A stretch of 64,000 bases of DNA from Promethearchaeota archaeon (lineage in GTDB: Archaea > Asgardarchaeota > Lokiarchaeia > Sigyniarchaeales > SOKP01). The stretch is taken from positions 1 to 64,000 of the forward strand of contig JABCSY010000004.1 of assembly GCA_018238625.1 (NCBI GenBank). The letters run 5' to 3'. Shown here piece by piece: positions 48,546-59,355 of the stretch. The translations under genes were made by a program, and so were the position numbers. Numbering within the stretch: position 1 is the stretch's first letter; each line of letters opens with the position of its first letter. The notes below the pieces were generated by a model, which did not search any database, was not told where the DNA came from, and was given only the letters and a program-made list of their open reading frames with translations.

Positions 48546-49352
48546 ATGAATGAGAACAAAGTAGAAGGAAAAGTTAATTCCGAATTTGAGCAGAAAAAAG
48601 GGCAAGTTGTCGAACTTCCCATTCTAGACTTCCTCAAAATTAATTTCATTAGCTTCTTGGTCCCTCTTTATGCGTGTTTAGGTTTTTTTTTATTATTTGA
48701 ATATGGTTTTATAATCTATTTTTCAATTCTACCAATAATTCATTTCTTATTACTCCCTGGTTTCCTACTATTTCTTTATTTTATTTATCTTATTTTATTA
48801 ATTGAGTTCACAGCATTATGGACTCGGCGATGGAGTAAGAAATCTCCTCCCGTAGAAGGGGTTTTCAAACGGGTTTTAGACGATGTTAACAGCGAAGAAG
48901 GAAAGATGATGAAATACTACCACAAAAGAGGATTCATAGTAAAATATCCGATGTGGTTGACGTCCAAATCGCCTTTTCCTTGGCTCGTGAATCGCGCGCT
49001 AAGAAGGATTAGTCACAATAAAATCGGAAAGAACGTAATTTATTGCGATTCTTACGTAGGTTTAGAATTCACAGATTTAGGAGATAACGTCTTCTTCTAC
49101 CCTACATCTGCATTGTCGAGCCACGCCGTTAATACTATCTTTGGAAAGATAAGTATGATGGAAATAAAACTTGGAAAAAACACGACGTTCTATCCTGGAA
49201 TAATAGCCGGTCCCAACGCTTTAACAGAGGATAATAACGTTATCTTTCCAAACACGGTGTTACATAAAAATTGGAGAGGGAAACCAGATAAATACTATTA
49301 CCAAGGAAGTCCTGGAAGACATATAGAAATCAAGCATTTGAAAAAAAAATAA
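48546..49352 (+). CDS. Membrane-anchored left-handed beta-helix (hexapeptide) acyltransferase-like protein
   Basis: Two N-terminal TM segments followed by 'KIGKNV', 'LGDNV', 'LSSH', 'LGKNT', 'YQGSPG'. Confidence 0.65.
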   Translation: MNENKVEGKVNSEFEQKKGQVVELPILDFLKINFISFLVPLYACLGFFLLFEYGFIIYFSILPIIHFLLLPGFLLFLYFIYLILLIEFTALWTRRWSKKSPPVEGVFKRVLDDVNSEEGKMMKYYHKRGFIVKYPMWLTSKSPFPWLVNRALRRISHNKIGKNVIYCDSYVGLEFTDLGDNVFFYPTSALSSHAVNTIFGKISMMEIKLGKNTTFYPGIIAGPNALTEDNNVIFPNTVLHKNWRGKPDKYYYQGSPGRHIEIKHLKKK

Positions 49353-49378
49353 AATCTTTAGTACAATTTTATTTTAAT

Positions 49379-50878
49379 TTAAGAAGCTTGTGTAGATTCA
49401 ATTTTTGGGAATTTTTTATGCTTTTGCAAGAATTCTCTATAAGAATTCACCTTATCTAAAACAGAACCCGCAAGTTCTAGCGATTCGAAAACAGGAACGT
49501 TGCGATTTAACAATTTTAGCTTAAATTTGTATCTACTTTTATACGCTTCGAATCCTTCGTTTATTTTTAACATAACGCAATACATTGGTTTCGTACACGC
49601 GCTTTTTGCTTTTGCAATATATCTTATAAATTGTTTGTTTAAATCGAGTCCTTTATACCCCAAATCGTCCAAAACTTCTTCAAACCCTCCAAATCTTTCG
49701 GGATCTTTAACGAAGATAATAGAGGAAATGTTAGGGTCTTTATCTAGCGCTAGAATTGTACGGTAATAAATGTTTGGTTGAATTCCCATTCCACCTAGAT
49801 CTATTGGATTTGATAGGTTGGTATTTACATCTGGGACGAATCTTTTCATTTTATTCATTGTCTTCTCTGATAATTGAGGTATTTTTAGATTGTATTTTTC
49901 TAATATGTCTATTGCCTCAATCGTGGAACCACCACCAATTCCAATCACCCCTACATTACGCGTGTTTGGTAAGCGAGTTAGATTAAAGGCAGAAGCTAGC
50001 GCAGCAAGCTCGTTTGAATTACTTGCTATACAACTACCTGTTTGTTTCCCTACTGCCTTCCAAATATCATTGTTCCCGGCTAAACCTCCAGTGTGAGATA
50101 AAATTGCTTTTTTTGTTGCTTCTCCATATCCCGCCCTCCAAAGTATTACTGGTTTCCTATTTAGATTACATTTCTTAACTATTTCCATGAATTTCCGTCC
50201 TTGTTCGATTGATCTCAAGTTCTCAAGGTACAAACCAATTATTTTGGTGTGTTCGTCAGTTAAGAAATATTCTAAAAATTCTACAGGAGATAGATCTAAC
50301 GAATTACCAATTGAAATCGATTTTGAGGTATATAATCCATATGAAACGATAAGCTGAGAGATATTTTGAGCAATTCCACCAGATTGAAATATTCCACCAA
50401 AGTTACCTGATTTTCTGGATTGTTCAAATGCGAAATAGAGCCCTCCTTTTGGATTGTAAACGCCGATACAATTAGGCCCTATAATTCGGATGTTATATTT
50501 TCGAGCAACTTGTATCGTTTGGTTTTCCAGCGTCTCGTTTCCAACTTCGCGGAAACCAGAAGAAAAGATTGTGCAAAAAGGGACATTTCTCTGACCTATC
50601 TCCTCCAATAATTTAGGAACCAGACGTGAAGGTACAGCTAATATGACGTAATCAATGGGTTCCGAAATCTCTAAAATAGAGTTATAAACTTTATGACCTA
50701 AGACTTCTTTTCCAGCTAATCGAGGATTAAATAAATACATCGGTCCTCGAAACTTATCTTTCATTGCTCGGACGAAAAAGCCTCCGCCTGCCGGATCCCA
50801 GCTTGCTCCAATAATTCCAATAGATCTCGGAAAGAATAACCTATTAAAATCAATTTTTGATTCTTGTAATGTAGACAT
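49379..50878 (-). CDS. Acyl-CoA synthetase (NDP-forming) alpha subunit
   Basis: 'PRSIGIIGAS', 'IIGPNCIG', 'QSGG', 'SHTGGLAG', 'NPIDL'. Confidence 0.88.
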   Translation of the reverse strand: MSTLQESKIDFNRLFFPRSIGIIGASWDPAGGGFFVRAMKDKFRGPMYLFNPRLAGKEVLGHKVYNSILEISEPIDYVILAVPSRLVPKLLEEIGQRNVPFCTIFSSGFREVGNETLENQTIQVARKYNIRIIGPNCIGVYNPKGGLYFAFEQSRKSGNFGGIFQSGGIAQNISQLIVSYGLYTSKSISIGNSLDLSPVEFLEYFLTDEHTKIIGLYLENLRSIEQGRKFMEIVKKCNLNRKPVILWRAGYGEATKKAILSHTGGLAGNNDIWKAVGKQTGSCIASNSNELAALASAFNLTRLPNTRNVGVIGIGGGSTIEAIDILEKYNLKIPQLSEKTMNKMKRFVPDVNTNLSNPIDLGGMGIQPNIYYRTILALDKDPNISSIIFVKDPERFGGFEEVLDDLGYKGLDLNKQFIRYIAKAKSACTKPMYCVMLKINEGFEAYKSRYKFKLKLLNRNVPVFESLELAGSVLDKVNSYREFLQKHKKFPKIESTQAS

Positions 50879-50982
50879 ATAAAAACAGCTTAAAATGACT
50901 TCTAATAATAGGTTTAGTAATAATTTTTAACTAAAATATTTTATTATGGCGTAAAGGGGAAATTATCTTTCTTAAAAAATTA

Positions 50983-51708
50983 TTAGGTAACTCTTCCTAG
51001 TAATTCATTGGCCATTGATATATCGTCAGTAATAATTCCATCGACCCCCATTTCGATTAATCGCTCCATAACATCCTTATCGTTTACGGTCCAAACATTA
51101 ACTTTAAGATTGTTGTCATGAGCAAAATCAACGATTTTTTTGTCAGCTACACTATAATGTGGATGTATTGCGTAAAATTTGTTATCAACTGCTTTTAAAA
51201 TCTTTCTTTTAATTTGGCGGACTCGCACAAGATCTGCAGATAACAACAAACCGAGCTTTATATTAGGTTCTAGATTTTTCAACTTCGCTAACTCGCCAAA
51301 TGCAAAACAGCTAACAATTGAAGTATTTAGAAGATTTTCTTCTTTCAAAAGTTTAATCAATTTCTCAAGTAGGCCACTCGATTTAATTTCTATTTGCAAA
51401 CCCACTTTCTTTTTTGCGACTTTAATTAATTCTAATAAAGTAGGGATTTTTTCGCCTTCACCAGCATCTAATTTCTTAATTTCTTCCAAAGTCATATCTT
51501 TAATCAATCCTTGGACGCCTGAAGTGCTTAAAGTATCTGAATCGTGAATTATTACAATTTCGCCATCTTTTGTTTTGTGTATGTCAAATTCTACCATATC
51601 AGCTTTTAATTCAATTGCTTTCTTAAAAGCCATCAAAGTGTTTTCAGGGGCGATCGCGCTTGCGCCTTTATGTCCAATTATTAAAATATCTTTTTTTTTT
51701 AATGTCAT
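50983..51708 (-). CDS. Glycerophosphodiester phosphodiesterase
   Basis: 'GHKGAS..APENTL.AF', 'EFDIH.TKDG', 'VWTVN', 'GVDGIITDD'. Confidence 0.93.
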   Translation of the reverse strand: MTLKKKDILIIGHKGASAIAPENTLMAFKKAIELKADMVEFDIHKTKDGEIVIIHDSDTLSTSGVQGLIKDMTLEEIKKLDAGEGEKIPTLLELIKVAKKKVGLQIEIKSSGLLEKLIKLLKEENLLNTSIVSCFAFGELAKLKNLEPNIKLGLLLSADLVRVRQIKRKILKAVDNKFYAIHPHYSVADKKIVDFAHDNNLKVNVWTVNDKDVMERLIEMGVDGIITDDISMANELLGRVT

Positions 51709-51742
51709 TAATAAAATCCCTTCAATTATTTAAGATTAAAAA

Positions 51743-52477
51743 TTAAGAAAATGATTTTAAAATAGCTTTCGCCCGAGAAATATCATTAGTAATTATACCG
51801 TCAACGCCTAGCCTTATAAGTTTCTTAATAGACACCTTGGAATCAACCGTCCACGGAAAAACTTTTACGTTATTAGCGTGAGCAAAATCCACAAACTGCA
51901 GATCTACCATCATTACTAAAGGATTAATCGCGTAAAGGTTATTATCTATACAATACTGAATCATTTCTTTTTTTTTATCCCAATCAATCTTTATAGTGCC
52001 TGGAGTTGGTTCTAATGAAGCTAATTTTAGGGAGGGCTCTAGCTTTTGAATTTTCAATAGCTCATCGTGTATAAAGGAACTTATTATCGTTGCGTCTAAA
52101 ATATCATATTCTCGAAAAATATGAATAACTTTTTCTGTAATTCCTTCTACTTTAATTTCGCAATTTAAACCAATCTTATTTTTTGTCAGCTCAACTAATT
52201 CTTGCAAAGTTGGAATTTGTTCCCCCTCTCCAAAGTTTAGTTTTCTCAATTCCTTCAGAGTCATATCTTTTAGTAATCCATCTTTACCAGTTATTCTTTT
52301 AATGTCTTCATCATGTGTAACTACTATATTTCCATCTCGTGTTTCTTGGACATCAAACTCCACATAATCGGCTTTTAATTCAATAGCTTTTTGAAAGGCT
52401 TTTAGCGTATTTTCGGGTGAAATCGAGCTTGCACCACGATGTCCTACTATTAGAATTTTTTTTTCCATTTCAATCAT
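51743..52477 (-). CDS. Glycerophosphodiester phosphodiesterase (tandem paralog)
   Basis: 'GHRGAS..SPENTL.AF', 'EFDVQETRDG', 'PWTVD', 'GVDGIITND'. Confidence 0.93.
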   Translation of the reverse strand: MIEMEKKILIVGHRGASSISPENTLKAFQKAIELKADYVEFDVQETRDGNIVVTHDEDIKRITGKDGLLKDMTLKELRKLNFGEGEQIPTLQELVELTKNKIGLNCEIKVEGITEKVIHIFREYDILDATIISSFIHDELLKIQKLEPSLKLASLEPTPGTIKIDWDKKKEMIQYCIDNNLYAINPLVMMVDLQFVDFAHANNVKVFPWTVDSKVSIKKLIRLGVDGIITNDISRAKAILKSFS

Positions 52478-52796
52478 CTTATAAATCTCATCTAAAACTT
52501 GTTAATGCTGAGGAAATTTAATATTACTTTTTAATTAAATTTATATTTTAGCAAATTAAAAACTATTAACTCAGAAAAATACGACTTCTGATAATTTATA
52601 CTTTCACAAACAAATTTCTCATAACCAATTTAAATAAAATTTAAATACTCAAATACGGCAACAAGTATTGGTCGCCATTAAATTTATAAATATAGAATAT
52701 TTTAATAATTAATTGATAGAAGATTATTGTATAATACTAACAAGTAATAATAAAGGTAAAATTTATAAAGATAAAATTTTGGTGGTCAACGAAACT

Positions 52797-53048
52797 ATGA
52801 GGTTTTGCCCAGATTGCGATAACATCCTGATACCTAAAAACAAAAAACTATTCTGCAAAGCGTGTGAGAAAGAATTCGAGATAGATCCAAACAATAACGA
52901 TTATAATATAGTTAAAACGATAAAACACGACGATAAAGAAGCAGCCCCAATAGTGATAAAGAGAGCTGTAACAAAATCTAAGATTTCTGCTCAAGATAGG
53001 AAAGCATTTGAAGAATTCTTCGATGTGGGCGATGCTAACGGGTATTAA
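52797..53048 (+). CDS. RpoM/TFS-like N-terminal Zn-ribbon protein lacking the C-terminal ribbon
   Basis: 'MRFCPDCDNILIPK...LFCKAC'; ATG at 52797 follows GGTGG; no C-terminal 'QTRSADE' ribbon. Confidence 0.7.
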   Translation: MRFCPDCDNILIPKNKKLFCKACEKEFEIDPNNNDYNIVKTIKHDDKEAAPIVIKRAVTKSKISAQDRKAFEEFFDVGDANGY

Positions 53049-53201
53049 TTTTGCGGAGAGAACCAATTATACGCAATTAATTCCTTCTTCCTTGTTTTAA
53101 ATTTTAATTTTCATTGATAAAAGATATTTTTAACTTTCACATTAGATTTAATTTAAGTGAAATATTTTTTTAATAGATTTTAAAGATAATAATGCTGAAA
53201 G

Positions 53202-53609
53202 TTGATTAAAATGGCTGAAGAAAAAAAGAAACGGTTAAAAGGTTTTGCTAAAGTTGTTGCTAAAGAGGTCGAAGTTTTAAATACAATTGAGCAGTTCAAA
53301 GAAGATTTTAAAGATTCCGAACTTAAAATTCTCTTAAACGCCAAAGATGGAAAATACGCTGCTTTGTTAGTAATCGATAAAGGCAAAGTTTATGTAGAGA
53401 GCATCGAAAACAAACCAAAAGAAAACATAAAAAAGAAGAACGCTGGATGGGATGGATTATTGCAAGCAAAAATGCAACTTTTTGTAGAGCTTTTAGGTGG
53501 GGAAGATGTTTCGACGGGCTCAATAATTTGGAAAATTCTTACCTTCCGAATCAAAATTAAGGGGATTAAAAACGTTCTAACTCTAATGAAATTATTTGAA
53601 TATGAATAA
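53202..53609 (+). CDS. SCP2 (sterol carrier/lipid-binding)-like protein
   Basis: C-terminal 'FVELLGG...KILTFRIKIKGIKNVLTLMKLF' resembles the SCP2 fold. Confidence 0.55.
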   Translation: MIKMAEEKKKRLKGFAKVVAKEVEVLNTIEQFKEDFKDSELKILLNAKDGKYAALLVIDKGKVYVESIENKPKENIKKKNAGWDGLLQAKMQLFVELLGGEDVSTGSIIWKILTFRIKIKGIKNVLTLMKLFEYE

Positions 53610-53682
53610 ACTTTTGTTAGAATTTCATTAGATTAGATTTAATGATAAGAATTTAATTTTTTCTTTCTATTTTTTCCTAATT

Positions 53683-54114
53683 TTAAACTTCTAATTTGAA
53701 TACGGTAATTAATGATAACATTTTTTCTTTTAATCCTTCAGAGGTCTCATCTTTGACAGATTGAATAAGTACGTTTTTATCTTGGTCAGAGATATCGTGA
53801 AATCTATCAAGAAAGAGTCTCAAGTAAAGAACTTTTTTTGATGGATTTTTCTGGATATTGGAAACGAGATTATCAATTATGGAACTGATCGAAATAAGTT
53901 CTGAGCTTTCCGTTTCAGAAACACAAAGATTTTCTTTAGAAAAGCCATGTTCTTTAATAATACTATTTTTTTCAATAATATCGTTGGTTATCTCTTTGAG
54001 AAGATCATTTCGTGAGGTGATTGTTAAGTTTGAAAGAAATTCTTCCATTTCTCTGTTTTTTTTCTCAATATCCTTAATTATTGAAATTGTTTTAATTATT
54101 TTTTCCGGCTCCAT
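53683..54114 (-). CDS. Hypothetical helical protein
   Basis: 143-aa ORF, charged and helical. Confidence 0.55.
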   Translation of the reverse strand: MEPEKIIKTISIIKDIEKKNREMEEFLSNLTITSRNDLLKEITNDIIEKNSIIKEHGFSKENLCVSETESSELISISSIIDNLVSNIQKNPSKKVLYLRLFLDRFHDISDQDKNVLIQSVKDETSEGLKEKMLSLITVFKLEV

Positions 54115-54167
54115 ATTAAACTAGACTTGTCTAAATTTTTAAATTTTTCCTTACTTATTTTAGTGGT

Positions 54168-54893
54168 ATGGACAAACTTATTATAGAAGACAAATTAAAA
54201 CTGTTTCAAGAGCTTATCAACTATCAATTTCAAAACCGCGAAATACTACTTGAAGCCTTAACTACCCCTCTATATGGGAATGAAAACAATTTAAGTCATT
54301 ATGAAATTTTAGAAACTCTCGGAGATGCGGTGATAAAATTGATCTTTAGTTTGAAAATATATAATTCAGGTGAAAATGATCCCGGCAGATTAACTAAAAC
54401 AAAACAATGTTTAGAAGATAACCAGACCTTTTTAAAGGTAGCTACCGAAATAAAATTATGGAAATATATTATTTCATCAAAGAAACAGAAAGTTAGGGAC
54501 ACTTCAATTTTAGCCGATGTTATTGAATCAATATGCGGTGCTATTTACATTGATTCTGGAAATAACCTCGAAATCGTTGAGCAAAAAATTATTAACACTT
54601 ATTTCTATGATTGGGATGCTTTAATAGAGGGGTCATCTAATTTGTTCAAAAACCAACTCTTAGAATACTTACAAAATATATTCAAAATCACGCCTACAAT
54701 TAAATTTGAATATGAAAAGTTAGGTCCAGACAATGACGCTCGTTGGATCGTGAAGAATCCTGAGATCTTAGATAAAAAACAAAATAGATTGTTAAACCTT
54801 CCCGATAATTTGAGATCAGAAAAATTCAGACGAATAAAAGATGCTGAAAAAGATCTCAGTTTAAAAGTACTAAAATATTTACAGTCGAAGTGA
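54168..54893 (+). CDS. rnc: Ribonuclease III
   Basis: Signature 'YEILETLGDAVIKL', 'ILADVIESICGAIYIDSG', then dsRBD-like 'KNQLLEYLQ...KDAEKDLS'. Confidence 0.85.
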   Translation: MDKLIIEDKLKLFQELINYQFQNREILLEALTTPLYGNENNLSHYEILETLGDAVIKLIFSLKIYNSGENDPGRLTKTKQCLEDNQTFLKVATEIKLWKYIISSKKQKVRDTSILADVIESICGAIYIDSGNNLEIVEQKIINTYFYDWDALIEGSSNLFKNQLLEYLQNIFKITPTIKFEYEKLGPDNDARWIVKNPEILDKKQNRLLNLPDNLRSEKFRRIKDAEKDLSLKVLKYLQSK

Positions 54894-55115
54894 CTTCTGT
54901 GTTTAATAAATATCCTATATTACTTTATAGTTTTAAAATAGATAGGAAAAGAATTGAAAGAAGTCTTGATATTCGAATAAATTAGAATCTTAATGTTTAA
55001 AGCTTTTTTATGCTTTTTTTTCTTACAACAATAAAATTTATTTAATTACATATTAAGATTATTTTTAGTTATAATTTTCAAATCTAAATATTTTAATTTT
55101 AACGGGTTAACCTTA

Positions 55116-56294
55116 ATGTCTGAATCAAGAATCATAAAAAAGACTCCTGAAATGGAAGATTACGAAGAAGAAACGGGAAAATTAGCAATATGGAAAGGTA
55201 AAGTAAATAAAGATTTTAAGAAGTGGCAAATTAAGAAGCAAAAGGATTCTATCAAAGAACAAAAAATAGAAACACTCTCGTTATCTCGTCAGGAAAGAAA
55301 ACAAGTAAAAACAGAACTAAAACAACAAAAAGAGGTCGGGAAAGATTACGAGCATCTTATTGTTGTTGAAAACCTCCACAAGACTTATTTGCTAGGGACT
55401 ACAGCCGTTGCAGCTCTACGAGGCGTGGATTTAACGATAGATAAAGGGGATTTCATAGACATTATGGGTCCTTCTGGGAGTGGTAAGACAACGCTCTTGA
55501 ATCTTTGTGGTGGTCTTGACACCCCTACGAGAGGAAAAATCTTTTTAGAAGGTCGTAATATTTCTATGCTAAATGACAATGATTTAGCAGAAATAAGAAG
55601 AGAACGCATAGGATTTGTTTTTCAATTTTATAATTTATTACCTCAAATGACATCTTTAGAAAATGTAATGGTTCCTTTACATTTTTCAGGGAAACTAAGT
55701 AAACGAGGAAAGAGAAAGAAAGCTTTGGATTTATTAAATCTTGTTGGTTTAGAAGAGCGTTCACATCATTCTCCTTCAGAACTAAGTGGTGGGGAACAAC
55801 AACGAGTAGCAATTGCAAGAGCATTTGCCAACGACCCAGCCATAGTAATTCTCGACGAACCGACCGGTGACTTAGACTCCAAAACCGGAATTATGATTTT
55901 GAACCTTATAAGAGATCTAAATAAAAAAGGAGCAACATTTATATCGGTATCTCACGATGCTGCGGTTTCTGAATTCGCTTCTAAAGTTTATCACATGAGA
56001 GATGGAAAGTTAACCCATGAAGGGAAAATAGGAGGCTTAAAAGAAACGGAAGCCATGCAAATAAGAAGAAAACAAGAAGCCGAAATAAATAAAGAAAAAT
56101 GTAAAAATATGATTTTTAGATTTTTATTTGCGAACCAAGGGAAAAATCAGATTAAAGTAAGTGATATTAAAAGTTCTGTTCCAAATCCAATTATTATGAA
56201 CTTACCAGAGCATTTTAACGATATTTTAGTAGAATTATTAAAAGAAAATAATATTAACGGAAATATTACAGGAGATAAATTGCTTCTAACTTAA
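55116..56294 (+). CDS. ABC transporter ATP-binding protein (LolD/MacB-type) with N- and C-terminal extensions
   Basis: 'GPSGSGKTT', '[14 protein letters not shown]', '[10 protein letters not shown]'. Confidence 0.92.
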   Translation: MSESRIIKKTPEMEDYEEETGKLAIWKGKVNKDFKKWQIKKQKDSIKEQKIETLSLSRQERKQVKTELKQQKEVGKDYEHLIVVENLHKTYLLGTTAVAALRGVDLTIDKGDFIDIMGPSGSGKTTLLNLCGGLDTPTRGKIFLEGRNISMLNDNDLAEIRRERIGFVFQFYNLLPQMTSLENVMVPLHFSGKLSKRGKRKKALDLLNLVGLEERSHHSPSELSGGEQQRVAIARAFANDPAIVILDEPTGDLDSKTGIMILNLIRDLNKKGATFISVSHDAAVSEFASKVYHMRDGKLTHEGKIGGLKETEAMQIRRKQEAEINKEKCKNMIFRFLFANQGKNQIKVSDIKSSVPNPIIMNLPEHFNDILVELLKENNINGNITGDKLLLT

Positions 56295-56347
56295 ATGAAT
56301 TCATCTTTGTTAATATTTAATGTAAATAAAGAAAACTTTTAGTTCAA

Positions 56348-59338
56348 ATGACTAATATTAAATTAGTATTTAAATACGCATTTAAAGACCTTTCACGCCA
56401 CAAAGTTAGAACCTCATTAGGTATAACTGGGGTAATGATTTCTGTGGGACTTTTAGCGTTAGTTCTTTTTTTATCTGATTCTATTTCAGTAACATTTATT
56501 GATTACCTTAGTATAGACGCGGGTCAACAGGACTTTAATATCCGCGTAAGACATTACAATGGTGAACCCGATAATCGTTCTAACTATTTTGATTATCAAC
56601 CAATAGTAGAAACAATACAAAACGATATGGATGAAATTGGAGGTTTCATACCAAGAATGAGTTTATGGGGTAATGTAAACGTTTCAAAAGGGTTCGAAAC
56701 TCAAGAATTGATAAACGAAAGAAAAGGAGTGTCTATCTCAGGAATAAATTTAACTTTGGAAAACAAACTAACATTTGGTAGTTTTGTTAAACCCGGTTTA
56801 AACGAATTGTTAGATTTATCGAGTCTACCCTTATATCACTGCGCTATTTACTATGGTTTCAACGATGATATTAAATACGCCGAAAACGATTCAATTGAAA
56901 TAAGGATGGGTTTGTGGCACGGTGATAAATATTTTCATAGAGTTAGAAATTTTACGATAGATAGAATTTTTGATTTTCAATTAAAATGGCCAATAGGTTA
57001 TGCAAATAGACCGTTAATTGTTGTTGATATCAACACGCTCTATGATCTTTTTGGAAATGAAACGCTTAATGGAAAATGTAATGAATTAATTCTTACATTA
57101 AAAAAAGGTCTAAACTTATATGACGCAAGAGATATTGATGGTTCTGAAAACGTAGTGAAAGATCTAGCTGGTGAAATCCAATTTTTAATCGGAATTAATG
57201 AATATAACATCGATCTACCCAAATTAAACGTATTAGGCTTTTCAGAATATTTGAGCGTAGGAATCACGATAATCTTTGTCTTTGTATCGATGATATCGAT
57301 GTTGATATCAGGAGTTTTAATCAACGGAATACTTAAAACTTCTGTGGAAGAACGAATAAGAGAGTTCGGAATCTTTAGAACCTTAGGTGCTACTAAGAAA
57401 TATAATCTAATAATAGTCTTAGTTCAAGGAATGATTTTATGTAATTTGGGTACGATATTAGGTATTTTTTTTGCCCAACTGGCAACTCAATACGTAGTGC
57501 TCCCTATCGCGGGAGCCGTAGTGGCAGAATCCATACCTGGTTTGGCAGGCAACTTATCGTTTTCTATAACATTTTGGTCAATATTATTCTCATATATTAT
57601 AGGAGTAAGTGTAGGGCTTATAGTAAGCATCTCTCCGGCGTTAAAAGTAATGAAACTTCAATTAATTGAGTCAATTCATCCCTATCGTAAGGAAGATGAG
57701 TTATATAAGCTTCGAAAAAAAGCTGCTGTAAATTATAAATTAATAATAGTTGGGGTTATATTAGCTGCTAACGGTGCTTTTGTTCTTTTCGTTATTCCAA
57801 GAATATTAACAACTGGAGATGTTGCACTAATGTCAGGTGTATTAATAGCACTCCTTATAGTATTTTTAGTCGGAATGACACTAGCAGGACTAGGATTATT
57901 ACCTTTGATTTTAAGATTTTTTATTGAGTTTTTTCGCATATTTAATAAAAAACTAGCACCTGTGTATAAAATATTCATATTTAGATATGCAAGGAGAAAT
58001 TCGAGCACAATTGTTACTTTTGCTTTTACTTTTTCTTTCGTGATATTTACGGCAGGAGCTTTTAGTTTTTTGTCGAATGAAACAGTGCTTAGCGCAAATC
58101 TTCGCTATGGTGCTGATTTAGTGATAGAAACGCAAGGTTGGTACGAACTGGAAGAAGTAGATGATTTTATTTTTGGAGGTTTGGGTGGTGACTTAGCAAG
58201 TATTTCAATTAACGAGCTTAAAAGCAGTCAAGATAATGGGTATTCTGTAGATCCAACTAGAATCTTAACAAGCGACTTTAAATTTGAATTATTAACAATA
58301 GAGGGAATAGAAAGAGTATCTACAGTAATTGCAAGTCCTTTCCATTTAACGCAAATTTATTCAGAAGAAGGTAAAGAATTCACGGCAGAAATTGGAGATT
58401 ACGCAGGTTTAACCGCTCATGAAATTAGTTTAATAGGAATTGATGAAGTATATCCTTCTACAATTAAGACGGAATATATAGAATTTACCCAAGGTGATCT
58501 TTTATCGTCTTTTGAACAACTTTTTGAGGAACAAGAGGCATTTACATGTATTATTTCCGAGGGCATTTCTGTGAGTTTAGATATGCATCTAGACGATATT
58601 GTACGAATGGTAATTCAACGCGGCGACGAATCTGAGATATATCCATTTAAAGTAGTTGGTATAGCAGCCGTTATGCCAGGTTTCTTTGCGGAATTTGGCA
58701 GATCAAGCGCATCGGCACATATGGGAGGAGTTATGATTTCACAAGATGTTTACATGAATATTATGGATATCCCTCCTATCCCGTATTTAGATAAAGTATT
58801 TATTAAACTCAACTTAGATACTCAACTTTTTTCAATTAAAAACCAATTAGAAATAGAGAACGAGCAAAATTATGATTTTGATGTTATTAGCTTACAGCAA
58901 GCGGTTACACAACAACAACTATTTTTTACGATTATAGATGTATTTTTTACGATAACCTTAGATGCAACGATAGTTATATGCCTTTTTGGATTGCTCTCAT
59001 CTTCATATTCTACAATCATAGAAAGGAAAAAGGAGATTGGGATAATTCGAACGCTTGGGCTGAAAGGAAAGGAAATAACTAAGCTGTTTACTATCGAATC
59101 GTTAATTATAATGTTGAGTAGTGGAACAGTAGGCGTCATTGTGGGATGGACGACCGGATTATTATTAACTACATCAATGAATTTAATGAGCGATTTGCCA
59201 AATATTCTCACTTTTCCGTTATCAGACATGGTTTCAATTTTCACGATTTCAATTATATTCACTTTATTTGGGTTAAAAATATTACTAAGAAAATCCCGAA
59301 ACAAGAAAATTGTTGATATTTACAGAGAAACAATGTAA
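56348..59338 (+). CDS. ABC transporter permease (duplicated FtsX/MacB-type)
   Basis: 'EERIREFGIFRTLGA' and 'ERKKEIGIIRTLG' FtsX motifs, with two large extracytoplasmic domains. Confidence 0.9.
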   Translation: MTNIKLVFKYAFKDLSRHKVRTSLGITGVMISVGLLALVLFLSDSISVTFIDYLSIDAGQQDFNIRVRHYNGEPDNRSNYFDYQPIVETIQNDMDEIGGFIPRMSLWGNVNVSKGFETQELINERKGVSISGINLTLENKLTFGSFVKPGLNELLDLSSLPLYHCAIYYGFNDDIKYAENDSIEIRMGLWHGDKYFHRVRNFTIDRIFDFQLKWPIGYANRPLIVVDINTLYDLFGNETLNGKCNELILTLKKGLNLYDARDIDGSENVVKDLAGEIQFLIGINEYNIDLPKLNVLGFSEYLSVGITIIFVFVSMISMLISGVLINGILKTSVEERIREFGIFRTLGATKKYNLIIVLVQGMILCNLGTILGIFFAQLATQYVVLPIAGAVVAESIPGLAGNLSFSITFWSILFSYIIGVSVGLIVSISPALKVMKLQLIESIHPYRKEDELYKLRKKAAVNYKLIIVGVILAANGAFVLFVIPRILTTGDVALMSGVLIALLIVFLVGMTLAGLGLLPLILRFFIEFFRIFNKKLAPVYKIFIFRYARRNSSTIVTFAFTFSFVIFTAGAFSFLSNETVLSANLRYGADLVIETQGWYELEEVDDFIFGGLGGDLASISINELKSSQDNGYSVDPTRILTSDFKFELLTIEGIERVSTVIASPFHLTQIYSEEGKEFTAEIGDYAGLTAHEISLIGIDEVYPSTIKTEYIEFTQGDLLSSFEQLFEEQEAFTCIISEGISVSLDMHLDDIVRMVIQRGDESEIYPFKVVGIAAVMPGFFAEFGRSSASAHMGGVMISQDVYMNIMDIPPIPYLDKVFIKLNLDTQLFSIKNQLEIENEQNYDFDVISLQQAVTQQQLFFTIIDVFFTITLDATIVICLFGLLSSSYSTIIERKKEIGIIRTLGLKGKEITKLFTIESLIIMLSSGTVGVIVGWTTGLLLTTSMNLMSDLPNILTFPLSDMVSIFTISIIFTLFGLKILLRKSRNKKIVDIYRETM

Positions 59339-59355
59339 GGAGGATTAGAAAAAAC

